DNA of 64,000 bases from Desulfosudaceae bacterium (GTDB taxonomy: Bacteria > Desulfobacterota > Desulfobacteria > Desulfobacterales > Desulfosudaceae), in contig CAXXDV010000001.1 in assembly GCA_963674745.2 (NCBI GenBank), forward strand, positions 672,001 to 736,000, read 5' to 3'. Shown here in pieces: positions 14,396-24,697 of the stretch (position 1 is its first letter; each line of letters begins with the position of its first letter). The notes beneath the pieces are model-generated. The model was not told the DNA's origin and made no database searches. It saw nothing but the letters and a program-made list of their open reading frames with translations. The translations under genes were made by a program, and so were the position numbers.

Positions 14396-15790
14396 TCAAC
14401 TCTTCTGGCCTGCCCTGTATTCCTCGAGGGCTTTGAGCACCCGGTCCATCAACTCCTTGGAAAAGGCCTTACCGGCCAGTTTTTCCCTGGTTTTTATGCC
14501 GGCCTGCCGGATCGTTTCCATGTCCTGGGGAGAAAGGGTAACCGGCTTGATACCGCATTTCTCTTCAAAGGCCTTCAGGCTTTTGGCTTCATAAATCCGG
14601 CTCTGTCGTTTCCATTCGTCTTCCAGTGTGTTGACCTCATACACCAGCATCTCCTGAATGTTATAGGCAAATGTTTCAGAAACGTTAAACTGTTTTTTCA
14701 GCCTTTCTTTGGTGTTGATGCTGACAATAGCAGCGCCGGGAGAATAAAGCCAGGGCTGTTTAACATAATAGTTCACATATTGATAAGCCTGCATGCCCAG
14801 CATCCAGGCCGAAGGCGACAGGTTCGTGTTGGCCAAACCCGTGCTGAGGGCAGAAATAAGTTCCGGCACCGCCACGGGTGTGGCATCAATACCAAGCTCT
14901 TTAAAAAACGTGGTTTCCACCTCACCGAACCACGTCGATACTTTCTGTTTCCGGATATCCGCCAGGCTGGAAATCTTGTTTTTGGAAAACAGATAAAAAT
15001 TACCGGTATCGATCAGGGCGGAAAGGATGTAACCCCGTTTTTCACAGGCGGCGTCCAGCTCTTTTCTGAACTTCTTTAATATATAATCCACCTCATCATA
15101 GTTTCTGAACAAACCGGGAACCAGAAGCACGGATGTCTCCGGGGAGGCCGCCAGAATGCCCAGCGCGGTGCAGCCGCAGCAGTCAATCTGGCCGATGTCC
15201 ATTTTTCGCAGGATATCGGTGTCTTCCCCCATTACACCGCCGGAGTAAATTTTCATGGCCACCTTGCCGCCGCTCAACTTATCCATCTGGGGCATGAGCA
15301 CATTTTCCGGCAAATTCAGCCAGGGGGTACCCGCCGGGGCCAGGGTGGCGATGGTGATGACCATTCTTTCACCGTCGGGAATAGTAGCCGACCCCGCCTT
15401 CCAGACCATGGCACGGACCTCTTCCCAGTCCATATGAGGTGTCAGCAGTTTTTCAACCCGCCCGGGCACTTCCTGCAGGATATACCGGGAGGTCCTGATC
15501 TCTTCCAGAATATTAAGAAGCATCTTTTCCATGACCTGGTCTTTGAGCTCGGCCTTGGTAATGGCGCCATTACTCAGCATCGCCTTTAAAGAGGCCTGCT
15601 TTTTCTGTAACGCCGGGCTGAAATCTTTGCCGGTCAATAAGGCCTTGATACTCTCATATAAAGTTGCCTGCGCCTCTGCTTTGGAAAGGTCCGCCGCAAC
15701 CGCTGTTGCTGAAAAAACGAATAGCAGACAAAAAACCATGGCGATGAATAAGCGGCACCGCCTTATTAATTTAGATGAAGCATCACCCAT
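14396..15790 (-). CDS. DctP-family TRAP substrate-binding protein with extra N-terminal helical domain
   Basis: Signal peptide (..AVAA), about 110 extra residues, then IATLAPAGTPW..YSGGVMGED..RKM. Confidence 0.8.
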   Translation of the reverse strand: MGDASSKLIRRCRLFIAMVFCLLFVFSATAVAADLSKAEAQATLYESIKALLTGKDFSPALQKKQASLKAMLSNGAITKAELKDQVMEKMLLNILEEIRTSRYILQEVPGRVEKLLTPHMDWEEVRAMVWKAGSATIPDGERMVITIATLAPAGTPWLNLPENVLMPQMDKLSGGKVAMKIYSGGVMGEDTDILRKMDIGQIDCCGCTALGILAASPETSVLLVPGLFRNYDEVDYILKKFRKELDAACEKRGYILSALIDTGNFYLFSKNKISSLADIRKQKVSTWFGEVETTFFKELGIDATPVAVPELISALSTGLANTNLSPSAWMLGMQAYQYVNYYVKQPWLYSPGAAIVSINTKERLKKQFNVSETFAYNIQEMLVYEVNTLEDEWKRQSRIYEAKSLKAFEEKCGIKPVTLSPQDMETIRQAGIKTREKLAGKAFSKELMDRVLKALEEYRAGQKS

Positions 15791-16114
15791 GACCGATCTC
15801 CTTTCATGCCCATATTCTTTTATACATCCCGATAATAAAAAAAAGCGGAATCTGCCTTAACAAAATTCATTTTGGTAAAAGATGTTCACCCCCGGTCAGA
15901 AAACACAGCACCGTAAAATTTTTTCCTGTTTACCATGTTTGCAAATGGTTGTCAAAACAATCCACACGCCTGGAAACCGGTTATTTCGGGCCAGCCATTT
16001 GCAGGCACAAATTTGTTTATGGCAGACTGCGGGGCGGCAGGGAAAAACAGAAATGACGGATTCATGAACAAACTGAACAATTAAGGGCATCTCTAAAGAA
16101 GGGCCCTTAAGGCG

Positions 16115-17407
16115 TTATTGGGGTCGTTTCACAGCCAGCAGCAGAACGGCCGCGACAATATCCAGAGCGATGAATAAAACGTAAGCCGTGTTATAAGAGC
16201 CGGTCAGATCGAAACTCAGACCGGCGATAATATACCCGCTCATCTGGAGCACCAGAAAAACAGCCATAAACCGGAATACCGATGCGAATGACGTTCTGCC
16301 GAAAAGATCGGCCACAATAATGGGGTAAGTCGCCATCACCCCGCCCATGGCAAACCCGAATAAAAAAATAAAAACGCCCACCGCCACTGCAGAATCCGCT
16401 ACCAGAGCCGCCACCAGGCCGATGCCGTTGGCGATCATGATGGCGGAAACCACCCGGAGGGGGTTGATAAAATCGCACAGCATGCCCCAGCTGTACTTGC
16501 CAAGCGCGCCGAAAAGGGCCGTCACGGCCATTAATGTCATGGCGGTTGTATCGGAAAAGCCGACATCCACGAACCTGGGTTTTAACTGGGACATGACACC
16601 GACCACCCCGGTCATGACCAGGGTATAGGCAAACCCCACCTGCCAGAAAGCAGGCACCCTGATCAGCCGGCCCAGGGTCCAGTTGTGATGCGCGTCGGGG
16701 CGGCCTTCGGCCGGGGAAACGCTCGTGCCGGTAACGTTTATGCCGGGGGTCGGCAAAACTTCTGCGCCATTATCCATGGCATACAGATCGGTTGCATCAC
16801 CATCCGGGAACAGCCCGCGCTGTTCGGGCCAGTCCACCACCACCAGCCAGAACAAGGGTGCAAAGGCCAGAACCGCCGCTCCGATGGCCACGGAAGCGCC
16901 GGTCATGCCCATACGTAAAACCAGGGCCATGGCAATAAGGGGCAGAACCGCGCCGGAAAACGAAATCCCGGAGGTCGCGATGCCCATGGCTTTGCCTCTT
17001 TTTCGGATAAACCAGTTGTTGACGGCCGAATTGGCGACAATGCCGCCGTAAGCACCGTTTCCGACAAACAGCAGGACATAATAAAAATAAAACAGCCACA
17101 GATGGGACGTATTAAAAAGCATCATAAACGCCAGGCCGCCGACAATGGACCCGGCCACCATCAGTCGTTTCACCCCCAGGCGCATGACCAGCGTGCCGTA
17201 GATAAATTGGCCGAAAAACCCGAAAGGAGTGCCGATCACCAGGGCCATGTTGACCTGGGTACGGGTCCAGCCGTAAGCGTCACAAAGCGGCTCCATAAAA
17301 GCGTTAAAGGCATAAAAACCCGTGCCAACGGACATGAAATTGGCGATAAAGGCCACCGCCACGATGTACCAGCCGTAAAAAAGCCGTTCCGGACGGTCAC
17401 CACTCAT
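16115..17407 (-). CDS. MFS transporter
   Basis: 12-TM pattern, FYGWYIV start, NWFIRKRGKAMGIA, DLFGR. Confidence 0.9.
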   Translation of the reverse strand: MSGDRPERLFYGWYIVAVAFIANFMSVGTGFYAFNAFMEPLCDAYGWTRTQVNMALVIGTPFGFFGQFIYGTLVMRLGVKRLMVAGSIVGGLAFMMLFNTSHLWLFYFYYVLLFVGNGAYGGIVANSAVNNWFIRKRGKAMGIATSGISFSGAVLPLIAMALVLRMGMTGASVAIGAAVLAFAPLFWLVVVDWPEQRGLFPDGDATDLYAMDNGAEVLPTPGINVTGTSVSPAEGRPDAHHNWTLGRLIRVPAFWQVGFAYTLVMTGVVGVMSQLKPRFVDVGFSDTTAMTLMAVTALFGALGKYSWGMLCDFINPLRVVSAIMIANGIGLVAALVADSAVAVGVFIFLFGFAMGGVMATYPIIVADLFGRTSFASVFRFMAVFLVLQMSGYIIAGLSFDLTGSYNTAYVLFIALDIVAAVLLLAVKRPQ

Positions 17408-17472
17408 GAAGATTTTCCTGTCTTAAAAATTCACCCGTTAATTCAGCCTTATCCTCGCCGCGCAGGCGGCCT

Positions 17473-18288
17473 TTACTCAACCCCTTCAGGCATGGGCACC
17501 ATGGGTTCACCGCCCAGCACATAGCCGCCGTCCAGCCGCAGCACACTGCCCGTCATAAAAGGCGCATCCTGGAGGATAAACAGCACCGCCCTGACCACGT
17601 CTTCCGGCCGACCGGTCCGGCCGACCAGGGTGTGATCGATAATGGCCTGTTTCTGCATTTCGGTCAGCAGTCCCCAGCCGCGGGTCTGCTGCGCGTGCCG
17701 GGTATCGACAAAACCCAGCATGATTTCATTGACCCGCACCTCGGGTGCGCCCATGCGGGCCCATGTTTCCGTCAACAGGGAGACACCCCGGCAGGCAGCA
17801 GCGTAACCGTCGTTAAAGACCGGCGCTGCCGGGCCGGAACGCCCGACCATCCCCGCGATAGAAGAAAAATTAATGACCACCCCCCGACCGGATTTTTTCA
17901 GATGCGGCAGTGCCGCCTGAAACACCCATTGCTTGGCCCGCAGGGTGGTGGCCAGCTCCATGTCCCACTGGCTCTGGTTATAGGCGCCATGAACAACCGG
18001 CCAGCCGCCGCGCTCGATATTATTGATCAGAATATCAAGACCGTCGAAACGGCTGACCACCTGATCGATCAGCCCGGGAATTTTTCCGGTGTGGTTTAAA
18101 TCAATGCGCCGGATCAGATGCTCCGCTCCGGTTTCGGCAAAGGCCGCTTCCATGTCGGGAAAATGGTCTTCCCAGTCATGCCAGGTCAGTGCCAGACGAA
18201 CGCCCCGCCGGGCCAGGGCCAAACCGATTTCACGGCCGATCCCCTTAACGGCGCCCAGCACCAGGGCGGTTTTACCCTCCAGGTCCAT
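17473..18288 (-). CDS. SDR family oxidoreductase
   Basis: LGAVKGIG, LDILINN, NFSS, FMTGSVLRLDGG; catalytic YxxxK appears as YAAAC. Confidence 0.85.
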   Translation of the reverse strand: MDLEGKTALVLGAVKGIGREIGLALARRGVRLALTWHDWEDHFPDMEAAFAETGAEHLIRRIDLNHTGKIPGLIDQVVSRFDGLDILINNIERGGWPVVHGAYNQSQWDMELATTLRAKQWVFQAALPHLKKSGRGVVINFSSIAGMVGRSGPAAPVFNDGYAAACRGVSLLTETWARMGAPEVRVNEIMLGFVDTRHAQQTRGWGLLTEMQKQAIIDHTLVGRTGRPEDVVRAVLFILQDAPFMTGSVLRLDGGYVLGGEPMVPMPEGVE

Positions 18289-18290
18289 CC

Positions 18291-19031
18291 TTACTCCTGC
18301 TTTTCCGGAAACAGTATATGGCGTGTCCAGACCAGCGCCAGTTCAAGAAGCGCCCCGTCGTCCATGGACGACTGCGCCGGATCGACCTTCTCCATCCCGG
18401 CCTCGGCCAGCCTTCCGGTTTCGAAAATCTCGCTTCGAAATCGATCCAGGTCATAACAACCGGTATAAAAGATATTGGCTTCCGCCAGGCTCAAGGTTCT
18501 GCCCGGCGCGAGCCGGTTTTTGGCACTGATGATTTCCATCATCAGATCGTTCATACGGTTGTATTCGGCCAACCCCTGGTCCATGATCCACTGCCGTACG
18601 GTCTGCGTCCCGCCCTGCTCAAAGCCCCGGCAGTGGTCTTCCTGGATCAGAAAATACCGTTCACTGATCTGCCCGGTTTCCCTGGCCCTGGACGCAAGGC
18701 GGATCAGGGGATACGTTCGACATGATGACGGTCGATCATCATAAACCCCGCATCCCTCCGGCGTCACAAACGGACAACGGGTATCATCCGGCGATTCGCT
18801 TTTCAGCGACACAATAACAAGCCCCGTTTCTCCGCCCGTCTGCTGCCGGGTATAACGGGCCAGAAACTCGGAAGAGAACAGGCCCAGCCCCTGCTTGAGA
18901 CGCAAAATATCATACGGGGTCAAAAACTGTACCAGGTCGCCGCAGCACTGGTTAAAACAGGTCACCTTCGGATGACAGGCAAACTGGAAGGTATCATCCA
19001 GCGACAACTCTACGGGTTCATAATCAACCAT
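18291..19031 (-). CDS. YkgJ-family cysteine cluster protein
   Basis: FQFACH..CFNQCC, CPFV..GCGVYDDRPSSCRTYPL, CRG. Confidence 0.88.
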   Translation of the reverse strand: MVDYEPVELSLDDTFQFACHPKVTCFNQCCGDLVQFLTPYDILRLKQGLGLFSSEFLARYTRQQTGGETGLVIVSLKSESPDDTRCPFVTPEGCGVYDDRPSSCRTYPLIRLASRARETGQISERYFLIQEDHCRGFEQGGTQTVRQWIMDQGLAEYNRMNDLMMEIISAKNRLAPGRTLSLAEANIFYTGCYDLDRFRSEIFETGRLAEAGMEKVDPAQSSMDDGALLELALVWTRHILFPEKQE

Positions 19032-19096
19032 ATAAATATTAAATCTTCTCCAATAACAACCTGACTTCTAAAAACTTTATTGAGGACGGCTTCATC

Positions 19097-19621
19097 CTAT
19101 TCCCCTTCGAACTCCACCAGGGTAAATATGGAATACCCCTTGATCTTGTCCTTGCCCTTTAAATCCGGCAGATCAATGACAAAAGCGCATTCCACCACTT
19201 CGCCGCCCAGTTTTTCCACCAGATCAACGGCGGCCTTAATGGTACCGCCGGTAGCAATCAGGTCGTCCATGATCAGCACCCGGTCGCCCTTTTTAAGGGC
19301 ATCTTCGTGAATCTCAATACTGTCTTCCCCGTATTCCAGCGCGTAGGACTGGCTGACGGTTTTATACGGCAGTTTGCCCTTTTTGCGGACCGGCACAAAC
19401 GGCAGGCCCATTTTATACGCCAGCGGCGCGCCGAAAATCAGGCCCCGGGCGTCAATCCCCAGGATGGCGTCAATTTTCATTCCCTGATAACGGTCATAAA
19501 AACAGTCGATGACTTCTTTAAACACCGCCGGATCCTGCAGCAAAGTCGTAATATCCCGAAACATAACCCCCTCGACCGGCCAGTTGGGTACGGTCCTGAT
19601 AGCATTTTTTACTTTCTCCAT
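19097..19621 (-). CDS. apt: Adenine phosphoribosyltransferase
   Basis: FRDITTLL, VRKKGKLP, YALEYG, DDLIATGGT. Confidence 0.96.
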   Translation of the reverse strand: MEKVKNAIRTVPNWPVEGVMFRDITTLLQDPAVFKEVIDCFYDRYQGMKIDAILGIDARGLIFGAPLAYKMGLPFVPVRKKGKLPYKTVSQSYALEYGEDSIEIHEDALKKGDRVLIMDDLIATGGTIKAAVDLVEKLGGEVVECAFVIDLPDLKGKDKIKGYSIFTLVEFEGE

Positions 19622-19635
19622 TCGGTCCCCCTTAT

Positions 19636-20385
19636 TTATATTTTGGCAATTGAGGCTAACAACAACTGCCTCACTTTTTCGGCGTTACTGTTGAACACAT
19701 CCATGATCTCTTTCCAGGTCACCGGCTCCTCATCTTCTTTCCAGCAGTCATAATCGGTCGACATGGCCACCGCCGCGTAGGGAATTTCAGCCTCATTGGC
19801 CAGGGCCGCTTCCGTGGCCACGGTCATATTAATGACGTCCGCGCCCCAGGCCCGAAACATTTTCGATTCCGCCCGGGTGGAAAACCGGGGGCCTTCAATG
19901 GTTACCACCGTGCCCCTGTCATGCACGGGCAAGTCCATTTCTTTGGCACATTCAATCATCACCCGGCGCAATTCTCCGTCAAAAGGATCGGCCATGGGCG
20001 TGTGCGCACTCATATCATTATCGGCGAAGGAATCAAAAAAAGTGTTATCCCTTTTCTTTGCAAAATCAATAAACTGGTCCAGAATAACAAAATGACCGCG
20101 GTCGATCTTTTCACGCAAACTGCCGCAGGCGGTAGTGGCCAGGATATGGGTCACGCCATGATCCTTCATGGCCTGAATGTTGGCCCGGTAATTGATCCCG
20201 GAAGGTGAATGCTGATGCTCTTTCCCGTGCCGGGGCAAAAGCACAACCTCTACGCCCTCGATCTTGCCACAGGTCAATGGCGCCGAAGGCTCGCCAAAAA
20301 TGGTCATCACTTCGTCTTCATGATACTCGCTCAACAGACCCGGATCATCCAGCCCGGATCCCCCGATAATCCCTATTTTTTTCAT
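19636..20385 (-). CDS. mtnP: S-methyl-5'-thioadenosine phosphorylase
   Basis: IGIIGGSG, RHG..H, INYRANI, IEGPRFSTRAES, TDYDCW. Confidence 0.92.
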   Translation of the reverse strand: MKKIGIIGGSGLDDPGLLSEYHEDEVMTIFGEPSAPLTCGKIEGVEVVLLPRHGKEHQHSPSGINYRANIQAMKDHGVTHILATTACGSLREKIDRGHFVILDQFIDFAKKRDNTFFDSFADNDMSAHTPMADPFDGELRRVMIECAKEMDLPVHDRGTVVTIEGPRFSTRAESKMFRAWGADVINMTVATEAALANEAEIPYAAVAMSTDYDCWKEDEEPVTWKEIMDVFNSNAEKVRQLLLASIAKI

Positions 20386-20784
20386 GTTCCACCCTGTTCC
20401 TGGTTAAAATTATAAAGAACGCTTCCACCCCAAAATTCATGGGTGGAAAAACCCGTTTGCCCGGATTGCGTGCATTAATCTCTGTTGAAATAGTATAAAT
20501 GCTACATATTGTCAAGATATTGCGCCAGTTAGCCTCTTCCCGTCACCGGACTCCGATTTATACTGGATCCCCCGGACAAGCTGGAGGATGGCTATGGGAA
20601 AGGCAACAGACTTCCCAGTTACTTCCCACTAATGTTTTCAGGCCCCTTACTTGTCATAAAAACCGACCGTCCCCCGTGTCGCCAATGCCGCCCATAACCA
20701 TAACATCAAGATATAACTGCGATATAATGCCTATGGGAATCATCAGGGCTAATTCGCTGTATTTTTTACCGAAAAACATTTTTC

Positions 20785-20813
20785 TTGACTGCGCGGTCAA
20801 ATTTTGTTATAAA
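20785..20813 (+). promoter_or_regulatory. Sigma70-type promoter with overlapping palindromic operator candidate
   Basis: TTGACT-17 bp-TATAAA; TTGAC-N6-GTCAA palindrome (20785-20800) covers the -35 box. Confidence 0.6.
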
Positions 20814-20889
20814 AATATATCATTTCGCGAATTATTATCCGTATAATCGCACACTCTATGCCACGCAAAAATGGGGGGGGGAAGGCACT

Positions 20890-21252
20890 GTGAAGCTCTG
20901 GTCAAGAGGTCTTGGAAAGACCGAAATCTACATGGATTTTCGCTATTACAAAACCATCAAAGACCCCGATACCGGGCAGATGATGATCATCGGCAGCATG
21001 CAGGACCCGGTCAACTGGGAATTTAAAGTAATTCTACAGCCGGAAGATATAGGCGGCGTCATGAAGTCCATGTTCAACCTGCCGATGATTTTTTTTATCC
21101 TCAGAAATCTCCACCAGTATGTGATCTACCTGTTCAAGCGCAAACAGTTCAACAACAGCCAGGAAAATATCGTGGAAAAAGTCAACACCGCCTATGAACA
21201 GATAATGAAGGCTCAGGATCAGAAACAGCGCCAGCAGCGATTTTCGTTTTAA
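20890..21252 (+). CDS. Hypothetical protein (MKLWSRGLG...), first gene of the flavoprotein operon
   Basis: GTG start after GGGGAAGG, 120 aa, globular N-terminus then an amphipathic/hydrophobic helix. Confidence 0.7.
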   Translation: MKLWSRGLGKTEIYMDFRYYKTIKDPDTGQMMIIGSMQDPVNWEFKVILQPEDIGGVMKSMFNLPMIFFILRNLHQYVIYLFKRKQFNNSQENIVEKVNTAYEQIMKAQDQKQRQQRFSF

Positions 21253-21317
21253 GCGTCTTTATATTTGAACCAAAACGCCTTTGGGCGCAACCTGTTTTTT
21301 ATCAAAGGAGGAAAACC

Positions 21318-23039
21318 ATGCCGGATTATGATGTCATCGTCATCGGCGGGGGCATAAACGGCCTGACCTGTGCCGCCTATCTGGGAAAAGCCGGGCTTAA
21401 AACCCTCCTCATCGAAGCCAGGGGCGAATGCGGCGCCCATTGTGACACCGTAGAAGCAAGCATCCCCGGTTATCTCTTTAATCTTCACGCCGTCTGGATG
21501 ATCACGCCCATCAGCCCGGCCATGGTGGACCTGGAGCTGGAAAAGTACGGGCTGGAATGGCGGACCACCGAATACGCCTGGGCCAAGACCTTTGCCGACG
21601 GCAAGAACATGCTGTCAGGCAACGATCCCTTTCTGACCGTTGACAAGGCCGGCCGGCATTCGGCCAGGGACGCCAAAACCATCCACAAGGGCATCAATTT
21701 CTTTATGGACAATCTGTACGAAGCCTGCCAGGTGATGCACGATTATATCTTTACCGCCCCCAGCCAGGCCAACGTAAAAAAAGTGACCGACATCGTCGAC
21801 CGATTCTTCCGGGCCGCCAAGGTCAATTGCAGCGGCGAAAAATTCATGCAGATGAACGGATACGAAATCCTGGACATTCTTTTTGAATCCGAATACGTCA
21901 AGACCACGGCCCATGCCCTCTCCTGGATCGGTGCCTATAACCCCCTGCAAAAACAGATCGGGGCCATGGGCTCGGCCCTGATCGGCCTGCTGCTGGGGCC
22001 TTTTTTCCCCTCGGTGGTGGTCAAAGGCGGTTCCCACGAGTTGACCCATGTGCTGGTCCAGGCCTGTATCGATAACGGCGTCACCGTCATGCCCAACTGC
22101 CCGGTCAAAACCATCATCACCGAAAACAATCGCGCCGGCGGCGTTATCCTGTCCGATCGGGCCCTTTATCCCGGGGAAACCATCACCGCCCAAAAAGTGG
22201 TCAGCAACGTCACCGCCGGACCTACTTTCCTGGACATGATCGGCGAGGACAAGCTGGGGCCGGACATGACCGCCCGGCTGAAAAAATTCGACTATGACGA
22301 GCAGAACCTGTTCACGGTCCACTTTGCGTTAAACGGTCAGCCTCAGTTTGCGTCGGCCGAATACGATGACGGTATTCAGCGGGCCTACATGGGTTATATG
22401 GGCGGAGAGACATCCGCCGAAATGATGCGCTTCGGCCGGAATATCGCCCCGGACAAGCGCCGTATCCACGACGACATCATCTGCAACTATTTTATTACCA
22501 CCCTGGCCGACCCGCTCCAGGCGCCGGCCGGATGCCACACCACCCACATGTGGCTGGACGTGCCGCCCGACCCGGCGGAATGGAAATTCGGACCGCTCAA
22601 GGGGTTTTCCGACTGGGACAGCCTCAAACAGGGCCTGGCCGACCAGATGACCGATACTTACGAAAAATATGCCCCGGGCTTCAAGTCACTGATCAAAGAC
22701 CGGCTGATCTACACGCCCCTGGACATGTACCGCAACAACCCATCGGCCGTCAAAGGCAACTGGGCCGGCGGCTCGCTGACACCCGGGCAGTACTACGAAA
22801 ACCGGCCGGTAGCCGGGGTCATCACCGGCGGCGGCACCCGCACCTTTATCGAAAACCTTTACCTGTCTAACTCCGTGCACCATTTTTCCAATTCGTCCCT
22901 GGCGTCCGGATATATCGCCGCCTGCGACGTGGCCGAGGACATGAATGCCAGAAACCAGGACTGGTGGCAGAGCCAGGGATTTCACTGGTACCTCCAGAAC
23001 TGCTCACGATTTCCCCGGGACCTGGGGGTGAATCCATAG
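21318..23039 (+). CDS. Phytoene dehydrogenase-like FAD-dependent oxidoreductase (COG1233)
   Basis: VIGGGINGL..AAYL..LIE, KGGSHELT, YTPLDM..N..GN, IENLYL; AGGAGG RBS. Confidence 0.88.
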   Translation: MPDYDVIVIGGGINGLTCAAYLGKAGLKTLLIEARGECGAHCDTVEASIPGYLFNLHAVWMITPISPAMVDLELEKYGLEWRTTEYAWAKTFADGKNMLSGNDPFLTVDKAGRHSARDAKTIHKGINFFMDNLYEACQVMHDYIFTAPSQANVKKVTDIVDRFFRAAKVNCSGEKFMQMNGYEILDILFESEYVKTTAHALSWIGAYNPLQKQIGAMGSALIGLLLGPFFPSVVVKGGSHELTHVLVQACIDNGVTVMPNCPVKTIITENNRAGGVILSDRALYPGETITAQKVVSNVTAGPTFLDMIGEDKLGPDMTARLKKFDYDEQNLFTVHFALNGQPQFASAEYDDGIQRAYMGYMGGETSAEMMRFGRNIAPDKRRIHDDIICNYFITTLADPLQAPAGCHTTHMWLDVPPDPAEWKFGPLKGFSDWDSLKQGLADQMTDTYEKYAPGFKSLIKDRLIYTPLDMYRNNPSAVKGNWAGGSLTPGQYYENRPVAGVITGGGTRTFIENLYLSNSVHHFSNSSLASGYIAACDVAEDMNARNQDWWQSQGFHWYLQNCSRFPRDLGVNP

Positions 23040-23074
23040 CCGCTTAACGTCAACACCTTTTGGGAGGTATGCCC

Positions 23075-24661
23075 ATGACAGTCAAGCACGTAGACGTGGC
23101 CATTATCGGCGCCGGCCCCAACGGCCTGATATGCGGTGCCTACCTGGCCGGCTGCGGCCTTAACGTGGCCCTGCTGGAAGCCCGCCACGAAACCGGCGGC
23201 GGCCTGGAAACACTGGAACTTTCCGGGTTCCGCTACAACCTGCACGCCGTCTATCACATGATGGCCCTGCAGATGCCCTGCTACCATGATTTCGGGTTGG
23301 ATCAGAAAGGCGTCAAATACGTGTTCCCGGATGTTCAATGCGCCTATATCAACGCCGGCCGGCCGCCCTTACTGTTTTACCGGAACGGGGAGAAAACCGC
23401 CGATTATCTGGCCCGGCACCTTTCCCCCGAAGACAGCCGCGCCTGGCGCCGCATGCACGCCGATTTCAAGGAATTTTCCGAAAAGATCCTCATACCCCTG
23501 ACCTATATTCCACCCCTGCCCTTTGTGGAACAGACGCTGGTCCTGGACAAGGCCCGGGACGATGTGGGCAGACGATACAACGAAATCGCGGACCTGACGC
23601 CCCTTGACATCCTCGACGCCTATAAGATCAAGGATCCGCTGAAAGCAGCCCTGCTCAACCTGTTTACCATGTGGGGCATGTCGCCCTATGAATTGGGATT
23701 TCTGTTCCCCTTGTACGTTTACCGGATGACGGACGCGGCCCTGGTCCGGGGCGGCTCCCACCGTTTATCCTCGGCGTTATACCGGACGTTTGTGGCCTCC
23801 GGCGGCACCGTCCTGGACCGGGCCGAAGTCGTGCGGATCCTGGTGGAAAAGGGCGGCGTGGCCGGCGTGGTGACCGCCGGCGGAGATGAAATCCGGGCCA
23901 AGGCGGTGGTCTCCACCTGCAACCCGGAACAAAACTTCACGCAGTTCATCGACCCGTCCGAACTGCCGACGGAACTGGTCGAAAGCGCCGGAAAGTGGGA
24001 ATGGGAAAAAACCACTTTTTTCGGCGTCCACCTGGCCTTGAAAGAATCGCCGGTGTACGGGCCGGATGAAGACGCCAACCGGGCCATGATCACCTTTTTC
24101 GATATCCAGGACACGCCCCGGCTGCTGGAACACCTGCGATCCGTTGAGCAGGGCGAACTGCCGGAAATCCCGCTGGGCCATGTCACCTGTCCGTCCCTGT
24201 TCGACCCCCTGCACGCGCCCGAAGGCCTTCATACCGGACGATGGGAGTGCCTGGTCCCGTTTGATGCCGACTGGGAAACCATTACCGGCGGTTACGCGCA
24301 AACCTGCGTCGACCGGTGGAAATCCGCCGCCCCCAACCTGGAACCGCTCAACGTGCTGGCCTATCCGCCCACCTATATTGAAAAGAAAAACCAATCCATG
24401 AAGCGGGGCTCCTACAAACATGGCGCCTACATCCCGCTGCAGATGGGTTACCTGCGGCCCAACGACATGTGCTCCCGGAACTTCACGCCGGTTGAACGGT
24501 TTTACGTGGCCGGCGCCAGCAGTTATCCCGGCGGCATGATCCTGGGCGGAGGCGGTTACCTGGCCGCCAATGCCATTGCCGCGGATTTCGGACTTGACAA
24601 GAACTGGCAGGAACCGATTTACATGCAGGCTGCGCGGCAGGCCGGAATCATCGCAGACTGA
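23075..24661 (+). CDS. Phytoene dehydrogenase-like FAD-dependent oxidoreductase (COG1233)
   Basis: IIGAGPNGL..AYLA..LE..GGG, RGGSHRL, TPVERFYVAGASSYPGG..GGGYLAA; GGAGGT RBS. Confidence 0.9.
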   Translation: MTVKHVDVAIIGAGPNGLICGAYLAGCGLNVALLEARHETGGGLETLELSGFRYNLHAVYHMMALQMPCYHDFGLDQKGVKYVFPDVQCAYINAGRPPLLFYRNGEKTADYLARHLSPEDSRAWRRMHADFKEFSEKILIPLTYIPPLPFVEQTLVLDKARDDVGRRYNEIADLTPLDILDAYKIKDPLKAALLNLFTMWGMSPYELGFLFPLYVYRMTDAALVRGGSHRLSSALYRTFVASGGTVLDRAEVVRILVEKGGVAGVVTAGGDEIRAKAVVSTCNPEQNFTQFIDPSELPTELVESAGKWEWEKTTFFGVHLALKESPVYGPDEDANRAMITFFDIQDTPRLLEHLRSVEQGELPEIPLGHVTCPSLFDPLHAPEGLHTGRWECLVPFDADWETITGGYAQTCVDRWKSAAPNLEPLNVLAYPPTYIEKKNQSMKRGSYKHGAYIPLQMGYLRPNDMCSRNFTPVERFYVAGASSYPGGMILGGGGYLAANAIAADFGLDKNWQEPIYMQAARQAGIIAD

Positions 24662-24697
24662 CAATATTAACGGCCGTGATTTAAAAACCGTTTTAGT

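Noticed and set aside
15911..16059. 6S RNA identity for the long hairpin
   Set aside because: Context is not the usual zapA/ygfA-type locus and no conserved 6S features were recognised; kept only as an unnamed candidate
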